Source: Candidatus Latescibacterota bacterium
Lineage (GTDB): Bacteria; Latescibacterota; UBA2968; UBA8231
Assembly: GCA_965203355.1 (NCBI GenBank)
Contig: OZ241889.1
Location: forward strand, 1,408,001 to 1,472,000
Reading direction: 5' to 3'
Length of the DNA: 64,000 nucleotides
A program made the translations under genes and the position numbers. The notes under the pieces are model-generated. The model worked only from the letters and a program-made list of their open reading frames with translations. It was not told the DNA's origin and made no database searches. Positions 27,426 through 37,622 of the stretch are shown here, in pieces; the stretch's first letter is position 1; every line of letters starts with the position of its first letter.

Positions 27426-29750
27426 CTACCAAGCCTTCAGTTTGGACATTTCGGTTTGCATGCGGCACAAGTTTGCGTAGATGCCGTCCTGCGCGATCAG
27501 TTCGTCGTGGGTGCCAATCTCGGCGAGTTTGCCCTTGTCGAGGATGAGCAGGCGATGGGCGTTTTTAAGGGTCGATAAGCGATGGGCAATGGCAATGGTG
27601 GTGCGCCCTCGAACGAGCCGCCCCAAGGCCTCCTGAATCTGCGCTTCGGTCTGAGTATCGACGTTGGAGGTGGCTTCGTCGAGGATGAGAATGCGCGGGT
27701 CGCGCAAAATGGCCCGGGCAATGGACAGCCGCTGCCGCTCGCCCCCGGATACGCGGACGCCGCGCTCGCCGACCACGGTGTCGTACCCGTCGGGCATGTT
27801 CATGATGAAGTCGTGTGCATTGGCGGCTTTGGCTGCGGCCAAGATCGATTCGAGGGAAGATTCAGGATGGCCGTAGGCGATGTTCTCGGCCACCGTACCG
27901 TTGAAGAGGAATGGATCCTGCAAGACCACGCCGATCTGTTCGCGCAGCGATTGAAGGTTCACTTGGCGGGCGTCGTGGCCGTCGATGAGGATGGCTCCCG
28001 CCTGCGGCTCGTAGAACCGGCAAATGAGGTTGATTAGGGTGCTCTTGCCCGCGCCGCTGTGCCCGGCTAGGCCGATCATTTCGCCCGGCTCGACGGCGAA
28101 GTTCAAATCCTCGATGACGGGCTTGTCTTGTTCATAGCCGAAGTGGACGCCGCGAAATTCGACCCGGCCCTCGATGGGCGGCATCGTCATAGCGCCGGGC
28201 TGGTCGATCACCTCTGGGTGCGTATCGAGCACGTCAAAGACGCGCTCGGCCGAGGTGGCGGCGCGCTGGAAACGGTGGTTGAGGCGACACAAGCTTTCCA
28301 CCGGCCCGTAGAAGCGATACATGTAACTGGTAAAGGCGACAAAGGCTCCCAGCGTCAGCTCGCCGGCCAGAATATCGCGACCACCGACCCACCAGATGAC
28401 GATGGTGCCGACCGAGGTTATAAAGGCCATGACCGGGCCGAACAGGCTGCGCATCCACGCCACCCGCAGTTCGCCTTGCAGCAGGTCTAGGCTGCGGCCC
28501 TTGAATTTGCCCACTTCTCGTTTTTCTTGGGCAAATGCCTTGACCACGCGCACCCCCGGGATCGTGTCGGCGAGCAGGGCGCTCAGGCTGGCCCAGCGCC
28601 GCCACAATGGCCGGTAGATGGTGTGCAGCTTGCGGCCAAAGCGCATCGTCGCCCACACCAAAAGCGGCGTTGGCAACAACACGAGGGCCGCCAGCCCGGG
28701 ATTGAGCACAAAGAGGATGACGCAGATGATGACCAAGGTCAGTACATCGCGGATGGCTTCTTGCAGACCATCGCTGATAAAATCCTGCAAGCGGCCCACG
28801 TCTTGGGTGACGCTGGCCATGATGCGCCCGGTCTCGTTTTTGTTGTAATAACTAAGCGACAGCGCGTGGAGGTGCGCGTACACCTCGTTGCGCAGGCCGT
28901 AGGTGACGCGCTGGCCAATGCGAGCCATGATATAGCTGCGCAGGCCCGACAAGCCGCTGACGGTTATGTTCATCGCGATCAGCAAGCCCACCAGCCAAGC
29001 CAACGCCGCGACGGGATCGTCCGCGGACACCGGCAAAAGCGCGAGCAGATCAAAGCTCGTCCCAACGCTCATAGACGCCGCGGCACCGGCATTCAAGACG
29101 TCGTCGATGAGAATGCCCATCAGCAGCGGCTGGCCCAAGCCAATGGTCGTGGCCGCCACCATGAGCAGCAGGCTAAAGGCAATGAGCTGCCAATGCGGCT
29201 TGGCATAGCCCAACAGCCGGCACAGCAACTTGCTCTTTTCTAGGCAGGTCGGGCAGGTGCCGTAGTAGCGCGGAATGACTTGGCCGCAGCGGTCGCAGCG
29301 CTTGCGCCCGCTGTGTGCTCCGGCCAACCGCCCGTGGAGCATTTGGCCGTCGGGTTCGGTCGGTTGGGCTTGCTTGACCAAGCGCTCGATCTGATGGGGC
29401 AGCTCGGACAGCGCGGGCACCAAGCTCTTGGAGAATACGGCCATGGTCGCGCCCCGCTCGTCGGTGCGGACCTTGAGTGCCGCCGTGCTCCAATCCTCGC
29501 GCACTTCCACGCCCTTTATTTCGCGTAGAAGTAGGCAGACCACATCGGGCGGGCCGCCGCTGTCGGGGCTGAAGGCGACTAGATGCTTGGCCGTGGCCAT
29601 GAGCCATGCCTCGCCGTACTGGCCGTCGAGCTTAATGTCCGTGGTTACCGCCAAGTGCAGCGCTGCGTCGGGGCCTACTATTTCGGCCAGTTCGCGCCGC
29701 ACCTGCGGCGGCACGGCGTTTTCTGCTATACTGCGTTCAGTTTCGGTCAT
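27426..29750 (-). CDS. ABC exporter (permease + ATPase) with N-terminal extension and zinc ribbon
   Basis: CDRC...CPTC, TM domain, GHSGAGKST, VSGGERQR, ILDEATS, IAHRLST. Confidence 0.92.
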   Translation of the reverse strand: MTETERSIAENAVPPQVRRELAEIVGPDAALHLAVTTDIKLDGQYGEAWLMATAKHLVAFSPDSGGPPDVVCLLLREIKGVEVREDWSTAALKVRTDERGATMAVFSKSLVPALSELPHQIERLVKQAQPTEPDGQMLHGRLAGAHSGRKRCDRCGQVIPRYYGTCPTCLEKSKLLCRLLGYAKPHWQLIAFSLLLMVAATTIGLGQPLLMGILIDDVLNAGAAASMSVGTSFDLLALLPVSADDPVAALAWLVGLLIAMNITVSGLSGLRSYIMARIGQRVTYGLRNEVYAHLHALSLSYYNKNETGRIMASVTQDVGRLQDFISDGLQEAIRDVLTLVIICVILFVLNPGLAALVLLPTPLLVWATMRFGRKLHTIYRPLWRRWASLSALLADTIPGVRVVKAFAQEKREVGKFKGRSLDLLQGELRVAWMRSLFGPVMAFITSVGTIVIWWVGGRDILAGELTLGAFVAFTSYMYRFYGPVESLCRLNHRFQRAATSAERVFDVLDTHPEVIDQPGAMTMPPIEGRVEFRGVHFGYEQDKPVIEDLNFAVEPGEMIGLAGHSGAGKSTLINLICRFYEPQAGAILIDGHDARQVNLQSLREQIGVVLQDPFLFNGTVAENIAYGHPESSLESILAAAKAANAHDFIMNMPDGYDTVVGERGVRVSGGERQRLSIARAILRDPRILILDEATSNVDTQTEAQIQEALGRLVRGRTTIAIAHRLSTLKNAHRLLILDKGKLAEIGTHDELIAQDGIYANLCRMQTEMSKLKAW

Positions 29751-29751
29751 T

Positions 29752-32700
29752 TCAGGCGTCGACCGTGCGGTGCGATGCGCGCACTACGCGCTTGCACCAC
29801 AGCGCGAGATCGTCCAACAGCGAATAGAGCGTCGGGGCCAGCATCAGGGTCAGCACCGTCGAGGTGGCCAAGCCGCTGGCGACGACCAAGCCCACCGGCC
29901 CCCAGCGGCGGGCAAAGCCCTCAGACGTGCCATAGACCATCGGCAGCACGATCGGCATCAGGTTGAGGATGGTGGTAAAGGCGGTCATCAGGATGGGCCG
30001 GAGTCGGTGCTGGCCGCCGAGGCAGATGGCCTCGCGCCGCGACAGCCCGCTCGCCCGCAGGTGGTTGATATGGGAAATCAACACGATGCCGTTGTTGACG
30101 ACGATGCCGAAGAGGATCAAAAGCCCCAAGGCTCCGTTGTTGTCGAAGGGCACGTCGAGAACATATAGCCCCAAGGCCACGCCGATTAGCGAGAAAGGAA
30201 TGGCGAAGATGATGGTGAAGGGATGGATCAGGGACTCAAAAAGCGAGGCCATGATGAGGTAGATCAGCAGGATGGCAAAAATCGTGGCGAAGTGATTGTC
30301 GCGGGTCTCCTCCCGCTGCCAGCGTGCCGCCCGGCCCAGATCCCAGCTGTAGCCGGGGGGTAGTTGCATCCCTTCCATCATCTCGGTGATCGGCCCCATG
30401 AGCATGCTGGCCGCGTTGCGGTTTTCGGTGTTGGCGAAAATGGTGACGTTGAGCATCCGATTCTCGCGCCTGAGATCGCGGGGGCCGCGGCCCAGCTCGA
30501 AGTCGGCCAACGACGCGAGCTGAACCGAGCTGCCGTCGCGGGTTTCGTAGCGGCTGTTCTTGAGTTGTTCGAGGGTGGCGCGGTCGCCCTCGTTGAGCTG
30601 CATGACGATGTCGATTTCGCGGTCGTCGCTTTTGAAGCCGCTGGTGCGGCGGGTGCCCAAGGCCGCGGAGATGCCTTGGGCGACCTCGCGCGGCGACAGC
30701 CCATAGCCGAGTGCCTGAGCGCGGTTGATCTCGACGCGGACTTCATCTTCGCCGTCTTCGAGGCTGCTATCGACGTCTTGGACCCCAGGTAGTTGTTCGA
30801 GACCGGCTCTGACGTCTTCCATTAGCACCGCTAGGACTTCTGGGTCGCGGCCGTGAAGCTGGACTTCGACGCCGAGTTGGTTGCCGGCCCAACTGCGCGA
30901 GCGGCCCATTTTGTACGTGTATCCCACCTTTTCTGGCAGTAACTGCTTGATCGCGCTGCCCGCTTCCATCGTCGAGAGTCGGCCCGCGTCGGCATCGACG
31001 AGATAGGCGCGAATGCTGCCTCGACGCTGGCCGAAGCTCGTGGAGAGCGATTGAAGGTCGAGCGCGTCTTTTTGTGCCAAAATGAGGTCTTCGAGCTGGT
31101 CGAAGTGTGCGCGGATCGCATCGAGACTGTAGCTGCGATCGATGGTCACCGACACATCCACCCGGCGCTCCGGGGTCCAAGGGGTGCCGCGTTGCTCGAT
31201 CTTGCTGTAGAGGTGATAGCCGGTGCCGGTCAGCGCCACGGTGGCGAACAGGGCGACCCAGCGGTGGTCGAGCGTCCAGTTGAGCAAGCGACCGTACGAG
31301 TAGCGCAGGCCGCGACGGGAGCAATACCAGCCGAGCGCGGCTCCGGCCAGCGCAGCGAGCGCACAGCCGAGGATGGTTTGCCATTGCATCCCACCGATTG
31401 AGGCAGCGATCAGCCCAGACCAGCGGTCCCACCAAGCCTGCAAGCCGCTCCAGCCCAAGTCGCTGATTTGCCAGTAGGCGATGCCTACCGCGACTGCGAC
31501 GACCAGCAACTTGAGCCAGCGGTCGAAGCGCTCAACCCCAGCGCGAAGCAGCCGCGAGGACACCAGCGGGATCAGCGATAATGAGACGATCATCGACACC
31601 ATCACGGCGAGGCATATCGCGATCCCGGCGTCCTTCATCCACATGGCCGAGCGGCCATCGGAGAGAAAGAAGAAAGGCACGAAGACGCAGATCGTCGTCA
31701 GCGCCGAGGCTAGCACGGCCATGCCGACTTCGCGGCTGCCGACGCGGGCCGCTTCAGCGGCGTCGAGGCCGTCCTCTTGGCGGCGGCGAAAGATGCTCTC
31801 CAGCACCACCACCGCTGGATCGACCAACATCCCCACCGCCAGCATCAGCCCCATCATCGAGACCATGTTGAGGGTGATGGTCGATTCAAAGACCTCGCGT
31901 GCGACGTACATGCCGATAAAGACGCACAGGGCCGAGGTGGGGATGGCGAGGGCGATGACGATGGTCGAGCGGATGTTGCGCAGAAAGGCGAAGATGATGA
32001 GCATCGCCAAAAACGCGCCGAGCAGCGCTGAGTTGAAGAGCGTGCCGGCTTCTTTGAGCACGGCCTCGGCGCGATTGCGGTCGATGAAAACTCCGAGCTG
32101 GCCGTCGTATTCGTCCTCAATCGCCTGCAACTCAGCGACGACAGCCTCGCCGACGTCGATGACATTGGCGGTGGAGGCTTTGAAAATTTCTAGCTCTAAC
32201 GCCTCGACGCCGTTGAGCCGCTCGTAGCGGCGCTTTTCCGGGTAGCCGTAGTTGATTTCGCCGATGTCGCTAAGGCGGAACGGACCGCCGATAAGCGGCA
32301 TGTTGGCGATGTCCTCGGCGCGGGTGAACTCGCCAACGGCGCGGGCCATATAGCGCTGGCCGCCGTCCATGACGCGGCCCAGCGAGAGGTTGGTGTTGTT
32401 CTCGTTGAGCTGCCAGCCGAGCGAGGGCAGCGAGAGGTTGTGGGCTTGCAAGCGCTCTTGATCGAGTTCGACGATGAGCTGTTTCTCTTCAAAGTCGTCG
32501 ATGGCCACATTGACGACGCCGTTGAGCCGCAACAGCCGTGGCTCAATGACCTTTTGGATTACGTCGAGTAGGCGGTCGCCGTCGCCGCGCCACGCCAGAT
32601 TGGCGTCCACAATGGGGCGCTGGTCCGACTGCCAGCGGCGCAGGCTGACGCGATCGACATCCGGGGGCAGGAGGGCGCGGGCTTGGTCGAGTTTTTCGCG

Positions 32701-33024
32701 CATCTCCATGTTGGCCAAATCCATGTCGGTGCCGGCCTTGAAGTCAACGCGCACCTCGCCCCGATTGCGCCCGGAACTCGAACTAATGCGGTCGATGTTG
32801 TTGAGTGTGCCCAGCGTCTGCTCCAGCGGCAAGATCACCAAGCGCTCGATTTCTTCGGGGGAGTTGTTGTTGTACTGGACGCTGGCCGTGATCCCCGAAG
32901 AGGAAATGCTCGGCAACTGCTCCATGGGCAAGCGATCTAAGGCGACCACGCCCACCACCAAGGCGCAAATGGTGAGCATCAGGGTGGTCACGGGCCGTTT
33001 GAGCGAAAGTTCCGACAGGGTCAT
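29752..33024 (-). CDS. RND efflux permease (AcrB/AcrD/AcrF family)
   Basis: RPVTT, SPEEIE, GMLVDPAVVVLESI, GIVVNNGIVL, RLRPILMT; RBS AGGAG before ATG 33024. Confidence 0.92.
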   Translation of the reverse strand: MTLSELSLKRPVTTLMLTICALVVGVVALDRLPMEQLPSISSSGITASVQYNNNSPEEIERLVILPLEQTLGTLNNIDRISSSSGRNRGEVRVDFKAGTDMDLANMEMREKLDQARALLPPDVDRVSLRRWQSDQRPIVDANLAWRGDGDRLLDVIQKVIEPRLLRLNGVVNVAIDDFEEKQLIVELDQERLQAHNLSLPSLGWQLNENNTNLSLGRVMDGGQRYMARAVGEFTRAEDIANMPLIGGPFRLSDIGEINYGYPEKRRYERLNGVEALELEIFKASTANVIDVGEAVVAELQAIEDEYDGQLGVFIDRNRAEAVLKEAGTLFNSALLGAFLAMLIIFAFLRNIRSTIVIALAIPTSALCVFIGMYVAREVFESTITLNMVSMMGLMLAVGMLVDPAVVVLESIFRRRQEDGLDAAEAARVGSREVGMAVLASALTTICVFVPFFFLSDGRSAMWMKDAGIAICLAVMVSMIVSLSLIPLVSSRLLRAGVERFDRWLKLLVVAVAVGIAYWQISDLGWSGLQAWWDRWSGLIAASIGGMQWQTILGCALAALAGAALGWYCSRRGLRYSYGRLLNWTLDHRWVALFATVALTGTGYHLYSKIEQRGTPWTPERRVDVSVTIDRSYSLDAIRAHFDQLEDLILAQKDALDLQSLSTSFGQRRGSIRAYLVDADAGRLSTMEAGSAIKQLLPEKVGYTYKMGRSRSWAGNQLGVEVQLHGRDPEVLAVLMEDVRAGLEQLPGVQDVDSSLEDGEDEVRVEINRAQALGYGLSPREVAQGISAALGTRRTSGFKSDDREIDIVMQLNEGDRATLEQLKNSRYETRDGSSVQLASLADFELGRGPRDLRRENRMLNVTIFANTENRNAASMLMGPITEMMEGMQLPPGYSWDLGRAARWQREETRDNHFATIFAILLIYLIMASLFESLIHPFTIIFAIPFSLIGVALGLYVLDVPFDNNGALGLLILFGIVVNNGIVLISHINHLRASGLSRREAICLGGQHRLRPILMTAFTTILNLMPIVLPMVYGTSEGFARRWGPVGLVVASGLATSTVLTLMLAPTLYSLLDDLALWCKRVVRASHRTVDA

Positions 33025-33034
33025 AACCAATCTC

Positions 33035-36000
33035 CTAAGCGCTGCGATCCATCAGGGTATAGACCACGGGAATGAGCACCAAGGTCAGCAGGGTGGATAC
33101 CAACAGTCCGCCGATGACGGTAATGGCCATGGGCGTGCGGATCTCGGCCCCCTCGCCCAGCCCCAAGGCCATGGGCAACAGCCCGAGAACGGTAGTTGAG
33201 GTCGTCATGAGAATGGGCCGGAAGCGCACCGTGCCGGCGCGCAGCACCGCGGCGAATTTTTCCAGGCCCTCGTCGCGGCGCAGACGGTTGATATAATCGA
33301 CGAGCACGATGGCGTTGTTGACGACAATGCCAGCGAGCATGATCAGGCCAATGAGCACGACCACGCTGATGGTGGTGCCGGTCGCGAGCAGGCCGAGGGC
33401 GCTGCCGACCAGCCCGAGGGGAATGGTGAACATGATGACCAGCGGGTGCAAAAGCGATTCAAATTGCGAGGCCATCACCAAATAGACCAAGAACACGGCC
33501 AACAGCAGGGCGAATTGCATGCTGGCAAAGGAGCGGACCATTTCCTCGTTCTGGCCGCCGATCGATACGGTGAAGCCCTCGGGCAAAGGCAAGTCGGCGA
33601 GGGTGGTTTCGATCGCGGCTACCACGCCGCCCAGATCGCGTCCGTCGAGGTTGGCCGAGATGACCGCGACGCGCTCTTGATCGAGGCGGCGGATCTCGGC
33701 GGGGCCATCCACGGCCCGCACGTCGGCGACCGATGCGAGCGCGACCGGCACGGGGTAGGAGGCCGGGCTGACGATCATTTGCTTGAGGTCCGCGACGGTC
33801 TGGCGTTCCTCGTCGAGTGCGCGGACCCGGATATCGACCTTGCGGTCGCGGCGCGCCAACTCGGTGGCGACGTCGCCTTGCAGCTTGTTGCGCAACAGCT
33901 CGCCGATATTCTGCACGGTGGTGCCCAATTCGGCGACCCGCCGGCGGTCGAAGAAAATCTGGACTTCGGGTTGGCCGCCGGCCGTGCTCGAACGGATGTC
34001 GGTCAGCCCAGCAATGGTGTGCATGCGCTCGACCGCTTCGCTGGCCAACAGGTCGAGGGTGTTCAGACTGTAGCCGCGGATTTCCACCTCTACCGGGGTT
34101 CGGAACGAAAAATAAGCGGGCCGCGAGAATTTGAACTTCAGCTCGGGAATGTCCCGGAGCAGGCCGCGCACGGCTTCGATGGCCGCCTCTTCGCCGACTG
34201 CGGGTGCGAGCCGCACGTGGAGATGGGCGGTGTGCTCCTTTTTGTCTGCGGCCGTGCCGCCCGCTTGGGCGCTGCTGCCGACGAGCGCAAAGACCGAGGC
34301 GATGCCGTTGAGACGGCGCACCCGCTGGTCAATGGCGGCGACTTGGGCGGCGGTCTGCTCGAGGGGCGTACCGGCGCGCCAGGCTAAATCGACGAGGAAT
34401 TCGCCTTGGCTCATCTCCGGGATTAGCTCCAGCCCTAGGCCGCGCGACCGCTCGAGGACCAAAGCCCCGATCGCGATAAAGAGGACGAGGACGATCAGCC
34501 GCCGCCGCAGTGCCCAGCTCAAAAGGCGTGGATACGCTTTGTTGAGCGCGTTGAAGGCGAGGTCAAAGAGCCAGTACAGCGGGAAGAGCAGGATGGAGCA
34601 GACGCGGCCAGCACCGCGGGCTGTGGCGCGGATTAGGCGAATGAGTAGGGCGGGGCCTTGGAGGCCGCGCTTGGGGCCGATCGCTTCCTTTTCGGCAATC
34701 ATGCTTTCGAGGCTCAGCGACGAGAGCATGGGAATCAGCATTAAGGCGACCACTAGCGAGGCGACCAGCGAATAGGTGACGGTCAGGGCTTGATCGCGGA
34801 AGAGCTGGCCCGCGACGCCCTCGACGAAGACGATGGGCAAAAACACGCAGATAGTGGTGGCGGTGGCGGCGATGACGGCGCGACCGACCTCGCTGGCACC
34901 GCGCACGGCGGCCGCTAAGACGTTGAGTCCTTGGTCGCGGTAGCGCTGTACGCTTTCTAAGACCACAATGGAGTTGTCGACCAGCATCCCGACGCCCAAC
35001 GCCAGCCCGCCCAGCGACATGATGTTGAGGCTTACGTCCGAGCCGAACATTAGGAAAAAGGTCGCTATCACCGAGAGGGGAATCGAGAGGCTGATGATGG
35101 CTGTGCTCTTGAGGTCGCGGAGGAAGAGAAAGAGCACGATGACGGCGAGTATGCCGCCGATGATGGCGGTGTTGAGCACCTCGTCGACGGCCTGCTGGAT
35201 AAAGGTCGCTTGGTTGAAGACCACTTCCATGCCGCTGCCTTGGAGCAGCGTGACATGCTCGGCGAGAAACTCGTCTAGGCGCGCTTGGACGGCCGCGCTG
35301 ACTTGGACGGTGTTGGCGTCGCCTTCCTTGAAGACCGAGACTTCGACGCCCTCTCGGCCATTGATGCGGGTTACGAGGTCGCGCTCGCGGTGGCCGCGGA
35401 AGACGCGGCCTACATCCTTGAGTTTGATCGGTGCGCGTTCGATCTGACCGATGACGATCTCGCCGATCTCGTCGATGCCTTGGAACTCGTTGAGGGTGCG
35501 GACGAGGAACTCGGCCTCGCCGTCCTTGAGCACTCCGCCGGTCAGGTTGACGTTTTCTGCGGCGAGGCGACTGGTAACTTGATTGATGGAGATGCCGAGG
35601 TGGGCGAGGCGTTGGGCTTCGACCTCGACCTGAATTTCTTCTTCGAGGCCGCCGTTGATTCGGACGGCGGCTACGCCTTCGAGGCTTTCGAGGTCGGGAC
35701 GCAGCCGCTCTTCGGCGACGCGCCGCATCTCCATCAGGCTCAAGTTGCCGTAAAACGCCAAGCGCATTATGGGGTCGAGCGAGGGATCAAAGCGCAAGAG
35801 TATGGGCTTGCTGGCGTCGCGTGGCAGGTTGGACAGATCGAGCTTTTCGCGGATGTCGAGCGAGGCAAAGTCCATGTTGGTGCCCCAGCCGAATTCGACG
35901 ACCACATCGGAGATGCCCGGCCGCGAAATCGACGAGACGCGGACGACGTTGCTGACCACGCCGACCAACCCTTCGACCGGCTCGGAAATAAGGCGCTCAA

Positions 36001-36175
36001 TTTCGAGGGGAGCCACGCCTTCGTATTCGGTGCGGACGGTGATGGTGGGATACGTGATGTCCGGGAGGAGGTTGACGGCTAGGCGCGAAAAACCCACGCC
36101 GCCGAAGGCGATGATCGCCACCATCAACATCGCCACGGTGACGCGGCGGCGCGTGGAAAATTCGACTAGTTTCAC
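33035..36175 (-). CDS. RND efflux permease (AcrB/AcrD/AcrF family)
   Basis: LLPDITYP, GMLVDNSIVVLES, MASQFES, GIVVNNAIVLVD, RFRPILMT. Confidence 0.95.
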   Translation of the reverse strand: MKLVEFSTRRRVTVAMLMVAIIAFGGVGFSRLAVNLLPDITYPTITVRTEYEGVAPLEIERLISEPVEGLVGVVSNVVRVSSISRPGISDVVVEFGWGTNMDFASLDIREKLDLSNLPRDASKPILLRFDPSLDPIMRLAFYGNLSLMEMRRVAEERLRPDLESLEGVAAVRINGGLEEEIQVEVEAQRLAHLGISINQVTSRLAAENVNLTGGVLKDGEAEFLVRTLNEFQGIDEIGEIVIGQIERAPIKLKDVGRVFRGHRERDLVTRINGREGVEVSVFKEGDANTVQVSAAVQARLDEFLAEHVTLLQGSGMEVVFNQATFIQQAVDEVLNTAIIGGILAVIVLFLFLRDLKSTAIISLSIPLSVIATFFLMFGSDVSLNIMSLGGLALGVGMLVDNSIVVLESVQRYRDQGLNVLAAAVRGASEVGRAVIAATATTICVFLPIVFVEGVAGQLFRDQALTVTYSLVASLVVALMLIPMLSSLSLESMIAEKEAIGPKRGLQGPALLIRLIRATARGAGRVCSILLFPLYWLFDLAFNALNKAYPRLLSWALRRRLIVLVLFIAIGALVLERSRGLGLELIPEMSQGEFLVDLAWRAGTPLEQTAAQVAAIDQRVRRLNGIASVFALVGSSAQAGGTAADKKEHTAHLHVRLAPAVGEEAAIEAVRGLLRDIPELKFKFSRPAYFSFRTPVEVEIRGYSLNTLDLLASEAVERMHTIAGLTDIRSSTAGGQPEVQIFFDRRRVAELGTTVQNIGELLRNKLQGDVATELARRDRKVDIRVRALDEERQTVADLKQMIVSPASYPVPVALASVADVRAVDGPAEIRRLDQERVAVISANLDGRDLGGVVAAIETTLADLPLPEGFTVSIGGQNEEMVRSFASMQFALLLAVFLVYLVMASQFESLLHPLVIMFTIPLGLVGSALGLLATGTTISVVVLIGLIMLAGIVVNNAIVLVDYINRLRRDEGLEKFAAVLRAGTVRFRPILMTTSTTVLGLLPMALGLGEGAEIRTPMAITVIGGLLVSTLLTLVLIPVVYTLMDRSA

Positions 36176-37410
36176 TGGCCCCTACCTTGCCAGCGCCCGC
36201 CGCCCTGCTCGCGCATTGCGCGCAGCACTTGGCGCAAGCTGTCGGGCAAAGGCTTGCCTTGGCGGCGGTACTCGGCGATGACTTGGCGCAAGCTGTCGGA
36301 CAGGCTGGGCGTACCGGGTGAGGGGGCCTGTTCTTCCGCGGTCGGCAGGCCCTCGCCAGCCAGCCGCACGGCTGCGCCGTCCTTGAGGCCCTCGTGACCG
36401 ACGGTTACTACTTGGTCGCCTTCTTTGAGGCCGGAGACGACCTCGACTTGATCGCCCTCGACAAAGCCCAATTCGACCGCGACCCGCCGCACTGTGCTGT
36501 CCTCGATGAGAAAGACGTCGTCCTCGTCGGTTTCGAGGATTAGGGCCTTTTTGGGGACGATTAGGGTCTGGGGCCTCCGCTCGGTAATAATGCGGACCGT
36601 GGCGAACATCCCCGGTTTGAGGACGCCCGCGCTGGCGACTTCGAGGGTGACCTTGACGGTGCCGCTGGCCGGATCGACCTCTGGACTCATCATGCGGATG
36701 CGGCCGCGAAAACTCGTGTCGGGCAGGGCTTCGACTGCGATAGTGGCCTCTTGGCCGGGGTGCAACTGGTACATGCGCTGCTCAGGCGCGAAGATGCGCA
36801 CCAACAGCGGGTCGCGATCGGCGACGACGAAAACTTCTTGATTGCCGCGCACTAGGTCGCCCACTTCGACCAATCGCTGGGTGACGACACCAGCAATGGG
36901 CGCAGTAACATCGGCGTACGCGAGATTGAGCTGGGCTTCTTCGAGGGCGATCTGGGCGTTGTCCCAGCGAAGTTGGGCTGCGTCGTGTTCGGATTGGCTG
37001 ACCATGTTGCGCTCGTATAGCGCCTTGATGCGCGCGCGATTGGTGCTGGCGTCGTCAAAAGCCTGTTGGGCTTGGCGCGAGTTCAGGCTCAGTTCATCCT
37101 TGTTGAGGCGCACCATTACTTGGCCTTGGCGCACTAGGTCGCCCTCTTCGGCGGCCAGCTTCTCGACTAGGCCGGTCGTGCGTGCCAAGACGCTGACTCG
37201 GCGCTCGGCTTCGAGGCGGGAGTACGTTTCAATGTAGGCGTTCATGTCGCCGCGCGTGACCGGCTCGCCTTTGACCGGAATGGCGGCTGCTTCGCGCCCG
37301 CCCCAACCGCCACCGCCGCGTCGGGCCTCCGGTGCTGCTTCCTCCTCGCCGCAGCCTAGTGCGGAGAGCAAGACGCTGCCGATGTACAGGGCAAATTGGC
37401 GGGTTGTCAT
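36172..37410 (-). CDS. RND efflux periplasmic adaptor (MFP) lipoprotein
   Basis: Lipobox ALGC, EEGDLV, APIAGVV, VEVGDLV, LKPGMF, GLKEGDQVV. Confidence 0.92.
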   Translation of the reverse strand: MTTRQFALYIGSVLLSALGCGEEEAAPEARRGGGGWGGREAAAIPVKGEPVTRGDMNAYIETYSRLEAERRVSVLARTTGLVEKLAAEEGDLVRQGQVMVRLNKDELSLNSRQAQQAFDDASTNRARIKALYERNMVSQSEHDAAQLRWDNAQIALEEAQLNLAYADVTAPIAGVVTQRLVEVGDLVRGNQEVFVVADRDPLLVRIFAPEQRMYQLHPGQEATIAVEALPDTSFRGRIRMMSPEVDPASGTVKVTLEVASAGVLKPGMFATVRIITERRPQTLIVPKKALILETDEDDVFLIEDSTVRRVAVELGFVEGDQVEVVSGLKEGDQVVTVGHEGLKDGAAVRLAGEGLPTAEEQAPSPGTPSLSDSLRQVIAEYRRQGKPLPDSLRQVLRAMREQGGGRWQGRGQ

Positions 37411-37475
37411 CTGGAACAGCCCCTAGTTGTGTGTGCGTTGTTCACGGGATTCCTTTCTTTGGCGTGTGTCGCCGA

Positions 37476-37523
37476 AGTATAGATGAGGCTGAGATGTTTG
37501 TCAACAAAACTGACTGGTCAGTT
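37476..37523 (-). promoter_or_regulatory. Sigma70 promoter of the efflux operon with adjacent palindromic operator
   Basis: Minus strand TTGACA (37504-37499), 17 bp, TATACT (37481-37476); palindrome AACTGAC-TG-GTCAGTT at 37508-37523. Confidence 0.8.
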
Positions 37524-37622
37524 CTGTCGAGCTATGCCATTACATTAGACCAGCCATTCATTCCATTCATTCCCATGCGTTTTAATTTTTTGCTGCGGCC
37601 GCGTGATGACCGGGTGCGCGAC

